From NCBI RefSeq assembly GCF_006345805.1, contig NC_043002.1:77066001-77130000 (forward strand): 64,000 bases of DNA. Direction: 5' to 3'. The notes under the pieces were generated by a model. That model saw nothing but the letters and a program-made list of their open reading frames with translations, was not told the DNA's origin and did no database searches. Made by a program: the position numbers and the translations under genes. Below, in pieces: positions 25,531 to 37,964 of this stretch. Source of the stretch: Octopus sinensis (taxonomy: Eukaryota). How positions within the stretch are numbered: position 1 is the first letter of the stretch; each line of letters begins with the position of its first letter.

Positions 25531-27644
25531 ATCCCCAAGTATAGCAATATCTGTTTCAACACACGATTTCATATCAAGACTGTTTATGCATATGCGTGTG
25601 TACATGTATGCATGCGTGCGTGTGTGTGTGTGTGTATGTGTATGCAACAGCACTGTTGCATATCTTCTAATCCTTCTTGTAAATAATAAAAATGTTTGGT
25701 ACCAGAAGAATAGAGTGAGATGGGACAAATCTATGATATATGAAGAATTTAGTTGACTTTGTCACTTCAAACACTTGATTATCAGCCTTGTATTACATAT
25801 ACATTACCCATATGCATGTTCACACACATGATACACATACACACATGATACACACACACATACACATGATGCATGCACACATGCATGTAATACACAAAAT
25901 TTTGCAGGCAAAAAGCACATTTTGTTAATCATCCATCTATGAAATTTTTGCATCAGCTTTGCATGCTCTAGGAAGCATAATAATGTTACCACACCCTTTC
26001 GTAAATTTTGCAACAGATGTATACATCCTGACCTGTCTAACTGATAATATCATTAAAAAGTTTGGTACTAAATAAAATGAGACTGATTACAATGATAAGA
26101 ACTTTGATGATAGTTACCCAACTGTTATTTCAATATAGTACCCATCTGATGATTCTTAAACTCTTCAAGCAGCTAAATTTGTTTACTTATATTACAGCAA
26201 TAAAATAAAGTCTTCAGTTCTTGTACGTGCATCTATAACTGATTATAGTTCTAAAAATACAATATTCTGTATTTATGTTTCTTTCCTTTTTTTTTTACTT
26301 TTTATTTGTTTTTAAATATATATGTTACTCTGGGCGTTTTGTTTTCTGTGTGGCAAAATTCCAGCCTTGATTGAAGAGATAAATGTAATAGACTTTGGCA
26401 AAGAAACACCATTACGTAACTGACATTAGCATTGAGTGAGGTTTCTAGCTTCGGCTCGTGAGAGTTTATGTATCTCTCAGAATAGATGTATGATGTCATC
26501 AGCTAAAAGACCATTTTCTTTTGCAATATAACCATTAATTCTTCCAGAAAGAAAATCCTTTGGAAGTTAGCCAGTAGGATTATACTGGCTTAAATTCTTA
26601 AAAATTAGAATTACAAAAGGGTTTTGCAGTAACCGCCCCCCCAAATAAAATAAAAACAAATACAAAAAAAAAAACAAAACAAACTGATTAACTCTTTGCT
26701 TATCCTTGGTCAATCCAAACTGTGTATTACATGCTCTATTACTGCTTCCTACTTGTTGCATGTTCAGTGCCTGTCTATTTTCTTGTTTTATAATTCTTAC
26801 ACTTTGCTCAATAACTGCCTTTGGTATGTTCTGCAGCTTCTAGTAAATTACATGTCCATCTGTTTCTTGCTGATTCATTTCCTACTCAGCGATTCCTATT
26901 CATTACATGTCTACTGATTTCCTCATCTCATTATATGTTCACTAATTATGTGTATGTAGATTGTTTACTCATTTTGTAGCCACCAGCTTTCTATTCTTCC
27001 TTTATCTGGCAAGTGGCTAACCGTTCCATGTTTGGGTTTTCTGTCCTGCCTTTCTTCATTTTTCCCACTGATCCCCTTATGATTCACATTTTACCACATA
27101 AACATAATAACTAGACTGACTCAATCCATTTTTCTGTTCCCATTATAACAATGAGAGCAATTGAGCTTTAGCTTACTCAGGGAACCAACTACTCTAAGTT
27201 TGAAACTGTTCTTAGTCATTGTACAAGAAAAAGCCTTATAGCTATTAATACTATTGGGTCAATACTGAAGGAGGTTTGAATTTTTATTTTGGTAAGACAT
27301 TCTTTATCATATTTCAGCTCTATTTCATTATTTATCTTTGGACAAATGAATCAAATTTCATTAGTAACAATCGGTAATTTGATTTCTTCTGTTTACTCTA
27401 TAATAAATTGTTACATAAATTTGGCTACGCTCACTACTTTCTGACCCTTCTTTGGAGTGTGTGTCTCAAGGGTATGTGTCTCAAATTAGATTTGTTAGTT
27501 AATCTCATGAGTGAAATACCACAACATTACTTCATTATTTCGTTTTTTCTTTCTCATTTCCTTTTTTTTTTTCTTTATTCATTGTATTTTCTCTTACTCA
27601 GACTATAAATTGACTTATCAAACAAATTCACTAATGTCTACTTT

Positions 27645-27872
27645 AAAATTGTGAGTCGTCTATGCAAGAGCCCTCCCTTACATATATATAAGAGGTTGCA
27701 AGACACAACAAAAATTTTAGGAAAATAAAAATAAGAAATAAGTGGAAATTTTACCGGTGAGTGTGTTAAATTATAAGGCACGAAAAGAAAATTACTCTCC
27801 CCAGACACAACAGAATATACTTCAACACACGAACTCATATAAAGAATCTTGCAAACCAAATCCCAAAACGAA
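27645..27872. repeat. Unclassified interspersed element abutting (TA)n
   Basis: CpG-retaining segment ending at a (TA)n tract. No TIR or tRNA head recognised. Confidence 0.35.
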
Positions 27873-27905
<33 letters not shown>

Positions 27906-28030
27906 AACATACATATATACATATATACTTACATATATTTATATACATGCATATATATAGATACATACACACAAACATACATACATATATACATATATAC
28001 TGACATGTATATATATATATATATATATAT

Positions 28031-28713
28031 CATCATCATCATCATCATCATCATCGTTTAACGTCCGTTCTCCATGCTAGCATGGGTTGGACGGTTCGAC
28101 CGGGGATCTGGGAAGCCAGAAGGCTGCACCAGGCTCCGGTCTTATCTGGCAATGTTTCTACAGCTGGATGCCCTTCCTAACGCCAACCACTCCGTGAGTG
28201 TACTGGGTGCTTTTTACGTGCCACCTGCACTGGTGCCAGGCGAGGCTGGCATCGGCCACGGTCGGATTGGTGCATTTTACGTGCCACCTGCACGGAAGCC
28301 AGTCGAGGCGGCACTGGCTTCGGCCACGATTCGGATGGTGCTTTTTATGTGCCACCGACACGGAAGCCAGTCGAGGCGGCGCTGGCATCGGCCACGATTC
28401 GGATAGTGCTTTTTTACGTATCTCCAGTCCAGGGGGGTAGGCACAGGTGCCTGTCGTCGGATGAGGTTCGATATCGACTTCGCTTGCCTCAACAGGTCTT
28501 TGTGTGTCCAAGGGAGGAAAGGCATGCATAAGTGGGCTGGACTCACTTGTCCTGCCTGGTCTTTTCACACACAGCATATTTCCAAAGGTCTCGGTCGCTG
28601 GTCATTTCCTCAGTGGGACCTAAAGTTCGAAGGTCATGCTTCACCACCTCGTCCCAAGTTTTCCTGGGTCTACCTCTTCCACGGGTTCCCTCCACTGTTA
28701 GGGATTGGCACTT
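28031..28713 (-). mobile_element. 5'-truncated RTE-LINE: ORF C-terminus, 3' UTR and (GAT)n tail
   Basis: ORF 28543..28815(-) contains KCQSLTVEGTRGRGRPRKTWDEVVKHDLRTLG..DRDLWKYAV, a typical RTE C-terminus. It is followed by a UTR with 62-68-nt tandem units and a (GAT)n tail. Both flanks are (TA)n-rich. Confidence 0.92.
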
Positions 28714-29261
28714 ATATATATATAATATATATACATATATATATGTACATGATATATATATATATATAAATATACACACATCCACACACACACACACACA
28801 TATATACATGCACATAAAAAATGCAGTTAGTTATTGGTCCCTTTCTCAATGTCTAACATCAAGCACATGATTATACACCATATTGATTTTAATCAGGCCT
28901 TCTTTAAATTAACTCCTATTTTCACACTCTCAATTTTTTCTCAGCTAACTTTCCATGTCTCAGTTTATTTTTAATTATGATTCCTTTCTTTTCCCATCCT
29001 CTTAAATTTATTTGTCACATTCCCATTTCTATTCCCCCATTTAAAGCTAATTAGAATTTCTTAGCGATTAAATAATTCAGAAATGCCATTCACATGAAAA
29101 CCAATACACAAGTTAGCGTTAACCTTTTTAAAGCTTCACACTAATTTGAAATTGATATGCAGTGCAGCAAAAAATTCTAATTAGAAATTAGAAATAAATC
29201 TGTGGTGAGGAAACAATACTATTAGCCTATAAGGTTATTTTATTAATTTCCTAGACAACAA

Positions 29262-29410
29262 GGCATGGCCATGTAGATAAGAAGCTTGCTTCCCGAGCAT
29301 GTTGTCTTGGGTTCAGTGGTACTCTGGGCAAATGTTTTCTACTACAGCCCTCATTTGACCTAAGCCTTGGGAGTGAATTTGATTGATGGAAACTGAAAGA
29401 AACTTATTAT
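29262..29410 (+). mobile_element. SINE family B 5' half
   Basis: GGCATGGCCATGTAGATAAGAAGCTTGCTTCC..GGGCAAATGTTTTCTACTACAGCC. Confidence 0.75.
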
Positions 29411-29419
29411 ATATAACAT

Positions 29420-29746
29420 TACCTGCGTCACATTACTGGCACTTGTGCTAGAGGCACGTGAAAAAACATTCGAGCGAGGTTGCTGCCAGTGCCACTGGAC
29501 TGGCTTCTGTATAGATGGCACATGAAAAGCACCATTTGAGCGTGGCCATTGCCAGTACCACCTGACTGGCCCCCGTGCCAGTGGCATGTAAAAGCACCCA
29601 CTACACTCTCAGAGTGTTTGGCGTTAGGAAGGCATCCAGCTGTAGAAACTCTGCCTGATCAGATTGGAACCTGGTGCAGCCATCTGGTTCGCGAGACCTC
29701 AGTCAAATCGTCCAACCCATGCTAGCATGGAAAGCGGACGTTAAAC

Positions 29747-29779
<33 letters not shown>

Positions 29780-29790
29780 AATGATGATGT
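29420..29790 (+). mobile_element. RTE 3' UTR fragment with tandem units and (GAT)n tail
   Basis: GGCAC(G/A)TGAAAA..CA repeats, then CCAACCCATGCTAGCATGGAAAGCGGACGTTAAAC(GAT)n. Confidence 0.88.
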
Positions 29791-31984
29791 GTATATATAT
29801 ATATATACACATAACAGATTTTCAAAATTTGAATAAGTTTAGGGAGGTATAACCTCTACTGGCAACAAAAGGATTCTCTCTTTGAACAAAGAGTAGATTG
29901 TAGTGCTTCGGTAGATTGTAGTTCATTGCTTGTGTATGAAGTGTAATACTGCATTGTATTAAGACAGGGGTACTAAACACAGAGGCTGTGCAAAGGTCAG
30001 AGAGAAACGAATCTAGCATGTTCTTCTGAATTTGTAATGTTAGTGTGCATGAACAATATTTTACAGATAAGCTGAGAGATAAACTGGGTGCAAGAGAAGC
30101 CAGTTGTAGTATACAATACAAACAATACAAAATGGTAACAAATGGGTAAGAAAAAGTGCTAGGAGAATCAAGCAGAAGGAAACTGTGAAAGAGGAAGATG
30201 AAGGGAATTATGGGCAAGTGTATTGAAATCTCATCTTAGAATGTTGAGAGCCAGATGACAAAGGTGATGACAAATGAATGCAACAAATATAAAAACATTG
30301 TGTTAGAAAGGACCCATCCAACCAATGCAAGCATAGAAAAGTGAATGTGAATATGATGATAACAGTGGTGATGATGGTAGTGGAGGTGGTGGTAGTGATA
30401 GTGATGATAAGATAATGCAATGCATTTATTTATACATGTAGAGGCACATATAAATATATCAAGATAAGCAAGAAAGCAGGAGGAAAAGTTATTGTGAGAT
30501 GTAAGGAATGAGAGGCAAGTTTGTTTTGTGTACTTCAATATGAATACTCATAAAAGCGAAATGGTTGCAAGACGTGGACTAGATCAAGAATGAAGATGAT
30601 GGATTCCAGAAAGCTAAAATCATTCACCTAAACTTTTCCCAGGAGCCATGTCAAATAGAGAGATAAATTACTACTTATATTCATTGGTTTGAAAAGATCT
30701 GTGATGATTGGCAACTCCATGCACTGAAAGATGATGAATGAATTGAAATGGCAAGCCATGGCTTTGCAGCCAACTGGACAGTTACTGCAGACATCAAGAA
30801 GGAAGGATATCATGGTAGTAATCCCTGACATGTTTCGCTTATTTAATGCATTGCTGAATTTATGTACAATACATTTGTGGTGGTTTAACTCTGCATATGT
30901 TCCACTCTTATTTTCAAGTATCGCTTTGTTTCAAATGGTAAGGTATAATTTGAGGAAGATGTGGCTGCTATTTTTAGCCAGTTGAGAAATATCATGGAGA
31001 CCTGCCTCTTTGACTTCTGCACAGTACAGTGGATAAGGTTGGTGGAGGTGGCATAGCACTAGGATTTCAAGTTATTTCTAAGTACTTGAGATGAGGGACA
31101 GGTGGAGCATCTGCGACAAGAACATTTGAAGGTAACTGTCAAAGTGTGGCAAGGAGCTTGAGTGCTTCTAGTCCAAAGATCAAAAAGCCTTTTATCCATT
31201 TTGAAGAAAAGAAGAGAGAGTGCAAGAAAAATTGGGGAGGTTACAGGATCAGAAAGAAGAAAGTAGAAATTATGGAGGAGCTGTGGATGTTTTGATGCAA
31301 GATTGCTTTCCCTTTTAATACAATGTAAAGGGGAAAGAATTTGCTTCAGATGTAATCATGCCCAACGAGAGCAATTTGTCAACAATAATTCAAGCGGAAA
31401 AGTTATGGGGAAACACTTTGATGCAAACCATGCAACTGTACATTCTGACAAATCATTACTAATAATTATACAAGGACATCAGCCATTTTCTCACTCAAAT
31501 GAAGCATACAAATGTTTGTTTATTCTGTTTCATAACTACATCATGTGATTTCCATGTAACTTGTTTAGCAGCTTGACACACACAGTGTTAAGTAAATTAG
31601 TCCTGTCTTCAACTCATTCAAATCCTATCTTGATTTAGGGTGAGAACTGAGTTGAAAAAATATGAATAAATTTTAATATAAAAAGTAATAAACTGGTAAA
31701 CACTTGTAAACAATAATTCACGAGGGAAAAATAAGGCAACAATTTCATATAATTATTAATAAATTTGTGATATTTCTTCTCTCATACTAGCTAATATATA
31801 TATATATATATGAATCAACAATTGAACTTTTGTGCAGTTGCTCATTATGATAGAAAGCGAAACTAAATCTTTCTCAGATCACATTTTACCACTTAAAAAA
31901 GTAAGTACATTATATAACAGACAATTACTATTTTTAGATCTCATAACGAGAGACATTTAGCAACAGTACTTTGTAGTAAAGATT

Positions 31985-32190
31985 GTTTGCCAACATAACA
32001 TGGCAGTCCTGGTTTAGGACGAATGTTGCTGTAATTTAGCCCCAGGAGACATCGTTTCCAGCTGGCTATATGACTCGATCTGTGTCCTTATATTTTCGAA
32101 CAATGTAAGTTACAATACCTGTCATCATAAATTTGAGCAGGCTGGCTTGAGACTAAAAGCAGCACTGACTAGCCAATATGTATCTCTATA
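31985..32190. repeat. Unclassified interspersed repeat
   Basis: GC/CpG-richer ~200-bp island next to (TA)n. It resembles an octopus repeat I recall, but I could not classify it. Confidence 0.35.
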
Positions 32191-32324
32191 TATATATTTA
32201 AATTCTGAGTTCAAAATTCTACAATGGTCAACTTTGTTTTTCACTTTTTTGGGGTCAATAAAATAAGTACCAGTTGAGCAGTAGGGTCAATATAATTGAT
32301 TCAACTGCATATAAAAACTGCATA

Positions 32325-32578
32325 TTTATGCATGTGTGTGTGTGTGTGTGAACATGTCTTTGTGTCTACGTTTGCCCCTCACCACTGCTTGACAACCAGT
32401 GTTGGTGTGTTTACATCCCCACAACTTAGCAGTTTGGGAAAAGTGACGACTAGAATAAGTACCAAGTTTTAAAAAAAAAACCTACTGAGGCCAATTCATT
32501 TGACTAAGAATTCTTCAGGGTGGTGCCTCAGCATGACAGCAATCTAATGACTGAAACAGGTAAAAGAAAACCTAAAGA
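32325..32578 (+). mobile_element. SINE family B 3' half
   Basis: (TG)n..TTGACAACCAGTGTTGGTGTGTTTACATCCCC..CAGCATGACAGC. Confidence 0.8.
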
Positions 32579-32604
32579 AAGATATATGTGTGTGTGTGTG
32601 GATA

Positions 32605-32821
32605 TGAGGGGGTACTGAAAAGTTCCTTGCTTTGGGTAAAAAAAATACAAGAGGATCAGTTAATTATGATTTTATTCAACATATTCTCCTCTCAGATGCA
32701 CACACTTATTGCAGCAGTCCTTCAGTTTTTCTAAGCCCTGTAAAAGAACTTGGAAGGTTGGGCCTTAAAGCCAGGCTTTTCACAATCCTCTTAAAGCCAG
32801 GAACTTTTCAGCATCTCCTTG
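32605..32821. mobile_element. Mariner-type MITE
   Basis: 29-bp TIRs TGAGGGGGTACTGAAAAGTTCCTTGCTTT / AAAGCCAGGAACTTTTCAGCATCTCCTTG (6 mismatches). TA on the left, TG on the right. Confidence 0.8.
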
Positions 32822-32822
32822 T

Positions 32823-32895
<73 letters not shown>

Positions 32896-32898
<3 letters not shown>

Positions 32899-33164
32899 TT
32901 TACTTGCATCAGTCATTAGATTTAGCCCATGCTGGGGTCACCACCTTGAAGAGTATTTAGTCGAATGAATCTTAATTCTTTTTGTTAAGCCTAGTATTTA
33001 TTCTATTGGGCATTTTTGCAGTTTCCATATACCAAATCTACTCACAAGGTTTTGGTCAGTCTAAGGCTATAGCAGAAGACACTTGCCCAAGGTGCTACAC
33101 AGTGGGACTGAATCTGGATACATGTGGTTAAGAAGCAAGCCTCTTACCACATGGCCACACCTGC
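32896..33164 (-). mobile_element. SINE family B with internal deletion
   Basis: Tail and head are present. The central TAACTTAGCGG..microsatellite block is missing. Confidence 0.8.
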
Positions 33165-33165
33165 A

Positions 33166-33197
<32 letters not shown>

Positions 33198-33202
33198 TGT
33201 GT

Positions 33203-33505
33203 GAAGGTGTATGGCTTAGTGATAAGGGTGCTGCACTCACGATTGTGAGATCATAGGTTCAATTTCCAGACCAGGCGTTGCGTTGTATTCATGAGCAAAG
33301 CACTTTATTTTCACGTTGCTCTGCAATCATTTCATCATCTCACCTGTGGCACATGGTGCACTTGTACAGGTAATGTTGATTTGACGTAGGGAGTGAGCTT
33401 ATGTATATTCAAACACTTGATCACTATAAACAAATCATCTGTGTGGTTATTCGGCAAGAGATTGCTGAACCTTCATATATCGTCTTACAACAGGAAAGTT
33501 CATGA
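33203..33505 (+). mobile_element. SINE family C variant
   Basis: tRNA-like head GGTGTATGGCTTAGTGATAAGGG..GGTTCAATTTCC, then TTCATGAGCAAAGCACTTTATTTTCAC. Confidence 0.75.
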
Positions 33506-33610
33506 CAACATGATATGTGTATACACACACACACATACACACATATATGCATACGCCATGATAGATCGTTAGCCACTACACACGTTTTTCTCTCCTTGTT
33601 TTTTCTGTGT

Positions 33611-33650
33611 ACCTTTCTGTAGAAGAGCGTAGGCTCGAAACGTAAAAGAC
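33611..33650 (+). ncRNA. Minimal type I hammerhead-ribozyme-like motif within a ~180-bp element (33560-33740)
   Basis: CTTT-CTGTAGA-A-GAGC-GTAG-GCTC-GAAA-CGT-A-AAAG gives stem I CTTT/AAAG, stem II GAGC/GCTC, palindromic ACGT stem III and a GUA site. The core has U at position 6 instead of A. Confidence 0.65.
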
Positions 33651-34350
33651 TTTTTCTATTCCTGAGCACTATACTAATACATCTGTTTGTTTTGTACACC
33701 ACCTGTCTTCATCTTTTGTTTTTTTCGTAAACTTTCCATTAATATATATTTATACATAAGTGAAATCATTAAGGAAAGGATCTAGATTACCTTGTTACAT
33801 ATTTTTGCTCTCATGCACAACATATTCAATCTGGAGTTGAGCATGAGTTATTTATGAATTAGAGAAATGTAAAATTTACTAAACTGATCATAGCTGAGAA
33901 GATAAAGTTACAAATTACATTGCATAAATACACTCATGATAACTTTTGCCAGAGAGCATTGGTTATAATATAAAGATGGGATTTGATAATTTTGGAAACA
34001 GGAAACTTCAAAATAAGTAAAAATTTATTAGTTTAATATCCAAGCTTAAGTCCATAATTCCTTTTGGCAAATTTTCCCCTGTTTATCTTTCTTTATGATA
34101 TCCAAACGGAAGAAGGAGTAATCAATACCTGCTGTAGAATAGTTCATATTTCTTCTGTTCGTTCACTTAGTTGCTACTCACTGTTTCTCAGTACACGTGA
34201 TCCATCGGGCAGAGTCATCATCATCATCATCATTGTCATCATCATTTTCATTATTTAATGTCAGTGTTCCATGCAGGCTGTGACCGCATGTGTATCATTG
34301 GCAGTTTTTTTTCCTCCATCTTCCCTTCCTTGGATCTTTCCTTTTCCTAT

Positions 34351-34386
34351 GTTTCTGACGAAGAGCTCCGCTCAAAATGTTAAATC
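34351..34386 (+). ncRNA. Decayed minimal type I hammerhead motif within a ~230-bp element (34260-34490)
   Basis: GTTT-CTGACGA-A-GAGC-TCC-GCTC-AAAA-TGT-T-AAAT. Restoring two CpG transitions gives GAAACGT. Confidence 0.7.
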
Positions 34387-34894
34387 CTCCTTCTTTCTTT
34401 CCTTTCCTGAGCGTCCAATAACAATATACTTGTTCCACGTCCTCGCATTGTTGTGTTTTCTCTTTGTGTTTTCATGGTTGGATTAACTATATATATGTCT
34501 GTGCATGTGTGTGTGTGTGTGTGTATGTCTACATAAAAAGAAAAGAATAAATTGAGTCAAAAGAAAGAAGGAGAATGATTTGACAGCTGTTTAATGACCC
34601 CTACACGCGTTTCAATACAACATAGATCCACATATATACATGATTTAAATTTAAACTAAGTAATGGTTTACCTGCATAATAGGACCTAGTTGTGTCTCCC
34701 CAGGTGATATATAATTGCTGTCTCCATAAGTAAACGTTTGATTTCGATGCTATCACAGCCAACTCACATGAGGAATGCTTGAGCCTAGAATTGGTAGTAT
34801 AGCATAATACTGCCATCTATTTGGTAATTTTAAGGGTGAACGAGCTCTATTTTCTACTCTAATACATTCTTAACGGAATACACCTCAACTATAT

Positions 34895-34941
<47 letters not shown>

Positions 34942-35007
34942 GGCGGTGCCCCAGCATGGCCACAGCTCATTAGCTGAAACTGGAAAAATCAAAAAATCAA
35001 AATCAAA

Positions 35008-35053
<46 letters not shown>

Positions 35054-35850
35054 CACACACAGACACACATACATAATCCCTATCATTATTGATATTATAT
35101 ACTTATACATACATACATACATACATATATATATGAGTAAAAGAGTGAGAGTAAAGAGTATATACATACATACATAATAAATGAAAAATGTATAAACAAA
35201 TGACGTAACATATACTGAATGTAAAAACAAACGAGAGACAAACAGAAGGTCCATAATACTTCATCAGTTATTGACCAATTGGTAATATTCAGTTTCATAC
35301 CTCTAATGGTAAAACTGAGTGCTTCCCAATTGGCAGTGCCCACAAAAAAAGGTTTATTGCAGAGAAGTAGGGACAAGAGTAAGCAAAACAAAACAAGCAA
35401 AGCAACACAGAGTGTGATTTAGGACGGTGGACAAGGATGAACAGTCAAGCAAAATATGACATTGGGGCCTAGAAAACGAGAATAGTGGGTAACATTTAGA
35501 AAATATCTTGAAGGATGGAGAACGGAGAGACAGAGAATTTGCAGCTGGTCAGGTACGGAACCAGTGTAAGAAAGGAAGAAAAAAAGGAACTGACCAGTGG
35601 TCACATGATAGTAGCAGGCAGAGGAAAAAGACAGCAGGGAGAGGCAGCGACAGAGAAAAAATGTAAAGGGATGAAGGGGAGAGAGAAAGGTTAGGAATAC
35701 AAGAAGGAGAGAGAGAGAAAGAGAAAGGAATTAGTAGAAAGGTTTGAATAGAAGTGAAAAGGTGAGAGAAAAAGGGGGAAAGAATGATAGCAAGAGAGAG
35801 AGTCACACATACATACATACATACATACATACATATGAGAGAGTCATTGT

Positions 35851-36075
35851 GAAGGCGCATGACTTAGTGGTTAGGGCATTCAACTCAAGATTGTAAGGTT
35901 GTGAGTTCAATTCCCGGTGACGTGTTGTGTCCTTGAGCAAGACACTTTATTTCACATTGCTCCAATCCACATGGCTGGCAAAAATCAGTTGTACCTATAT
36001 TTCAAAATTGCCAACCTTGTCATACTCTGTGTCATGCTGAATCTTGCTGAGAACTATGTACAATGTACAATGCAC
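35851..36075 (+). mobile_element. SINE family C variant
   Basis: GGCGCATGACTTAGTGGTTAGGG..GAGTTCAATTCCC..TCCTTGAGCAAGACACTTTATTTCAC. Confidence 0.8.
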
Positions 36076-36329
36076 CTCTTTTTAAACAACTATCACGTCC
36101 CTAATTAACCAGATAAGCTAACACAAGCTGTATAAACTACCTTGACTTATAGAATGTGCTACAAAATACAAATTCATGACTTTGTGGTTTGTAATCCAGT
36201 CCAGCCCAGTGCTCAAATTTTATAACTTTTTTTATTTGAGTTTTACTCCCACATTTTCTTACTTCCTCCTCCACTTCTTTCCCACCTCACTTACTTTCTC
36301 TCTCACACACAAACACACTTTCTGTATAT

Positions 36330-36343
36330 ATCATCATCATCAA

Positions 36344-36402
<59 letters not shown>

Positions 36403-36532
36403 CTTTAACATCCATATTTTCCATGCAAGCATGAGGCAGACAAAGTTAATTAAGGTAAATTTTCTACACCTGGATATATATATCATCATCATCATCATCA
36501 TCGTTTAACGTCCATTTTCCATGCTAGCATAG
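36330..36532 (-). mobile_element. Two very short RTE 3' ends with (CAT)n tracts
   Basis: (CAT)n+TTTAACATCCATATTTCCATGC and (CAT)n+CGTTTAACGTCCATTTTCCATGCTAGCAT. The second is flanked by (TA)n. Confidence 0.8.
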
Positions 36533-36554
36533 GTACTTATATATATATATAAAG

Positions 36555-36585
<31 letters not shown>

Positions 36586-36597
36586 TATATACATATA

Positions 36598-37003
36598 TGG
36601 GCACAGGAATAGCTGTGTGGTAAGTAGCTTGCTTCCCAGTCACATAGTTCTGAGTTCAGTCCCACTGCATGGCACCTTTGGCAAATGTCCTCTACTATAG
36701 CCTCAGGCTGACCAAAGCCTTGTGAGTGGATTTAGTAAATGGAAACTGAAAGAAATCCATCATACATATATATATATTGTGTGAGTGTGTGTCTCCTTGT
36801 GTTTATCCCACACCACAGCTTGACAACCAGTATTGGTGTGTATATGTCCCTGTAACTTAGCAGTGTAGCAAAAGAGACTGATAGAATAAGTACCAAACTT
36901 TAAGAAATAAGGACCGAGGTCAGTGCATTCGACTAAAAATTTCTTCATGGTTGTACCCCAGCATGGCCGTAATCTAATGAGTCAAACAAGTTAAAGGTAA
37001 AAG
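36598..37003 (+). mobile_element. Full-length SINE family B
   Basis: GGCACAGGAATAGCTGTGTGGTAAGTAGC head to CCCCAGCATGGCCG tail. Confidence 0.9.
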
Positions 37004-37004
37004 A

Positions 37005-37020
37005 TATATATGTTTGTATG

Positions 37021-37054
<34 letters not shown>

Positions 37055-37193
37055 ATGTATATATATGTATATATATGCATATATATGTATATATGTATAT
37101 ATATATTATATATATATATGTGTGTGTGTGTGTATGTATATATACATATGTATATATATATATATATATAATTATATATATATATATATATAT

Positions 37194-37256
<63 letters not shown>

Positions 37257-37300
37257 TATAGATAGATAGATAGACAGGTAGAGAGAGAAAGAAAGAGAGT
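37005..37300. repeat. Compound (TA)n/(TG)n/(GATA)n microsatellite
   Basis: Direct inspection. Confidence 0.95.
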
Positions 37301-37834
37301 AGAAGAAGAGAGGGAGAGAAAACAGACATTTGTAATATACATGTGTCAGTGAGGGTCATCTCTGATAGGAAGGAAAAGCTTGCAAATGAAATCTGAAACC
37401 TAATTACTGTCATTGAAACTGTCACTTTCATACATGTAACACACATGCACAGTATGCATTCATGCATGGAAATACAATGTCACCTGGTGGATGATAATTA
37501 GCTGCTTTCATTGGTCATTTCTATTCAATTATTTTATTCTTCCATCATACATCCTCTCGTTTATTATTGTTTAGTTTTCCAGATGATTTCATGGAAACTA
37601 ATTGCTTGTTTACTATTGAAATAAGGTATTTTCGTATTTGTTTAATTTTCTTTTCTTTTATTTTTTTTCTTTCCTTTTATTATTGATATCATAGTAATTA
37701 GTTGTCATAATAGTTATCATTCTAGTTTTCATTCTAAACTATTGCATAGCATGTATAGTGCAACTAGTTGTTCAATATTTATTTCTTTATTGCCAACAGG
37801 GGGCTAGGGGACAAACAAGAACAAACAAAGGGAT

Positions 37835-37964
<130 letters not shown>

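Noticed and set aside
26700-27300. Possible decayed retroelement on the minus strand
   Set aside because: Only vague motif echoes, with frequent stops.
28205-28420. CRISPR-like repeat array
   Set aside because: The units are contiguous diverged tandem repeats with no unique spacers, inside a eukaryotic LINE 3' UTR.
28205-28420. Resemblance of CGTG..CACG-TAAAAAG to the pistol ribozyme P1
   Set aside because: The loop is only 3 nt and the P2/P3 elements and cleavage-site context are absent.
30100-31300. Purine-rich, GC-richer stretch that could be an ancient LINE/LTR relic
   Set aside because: I could not recover any convincing RT, integrase or endonuclease motif in any frame.
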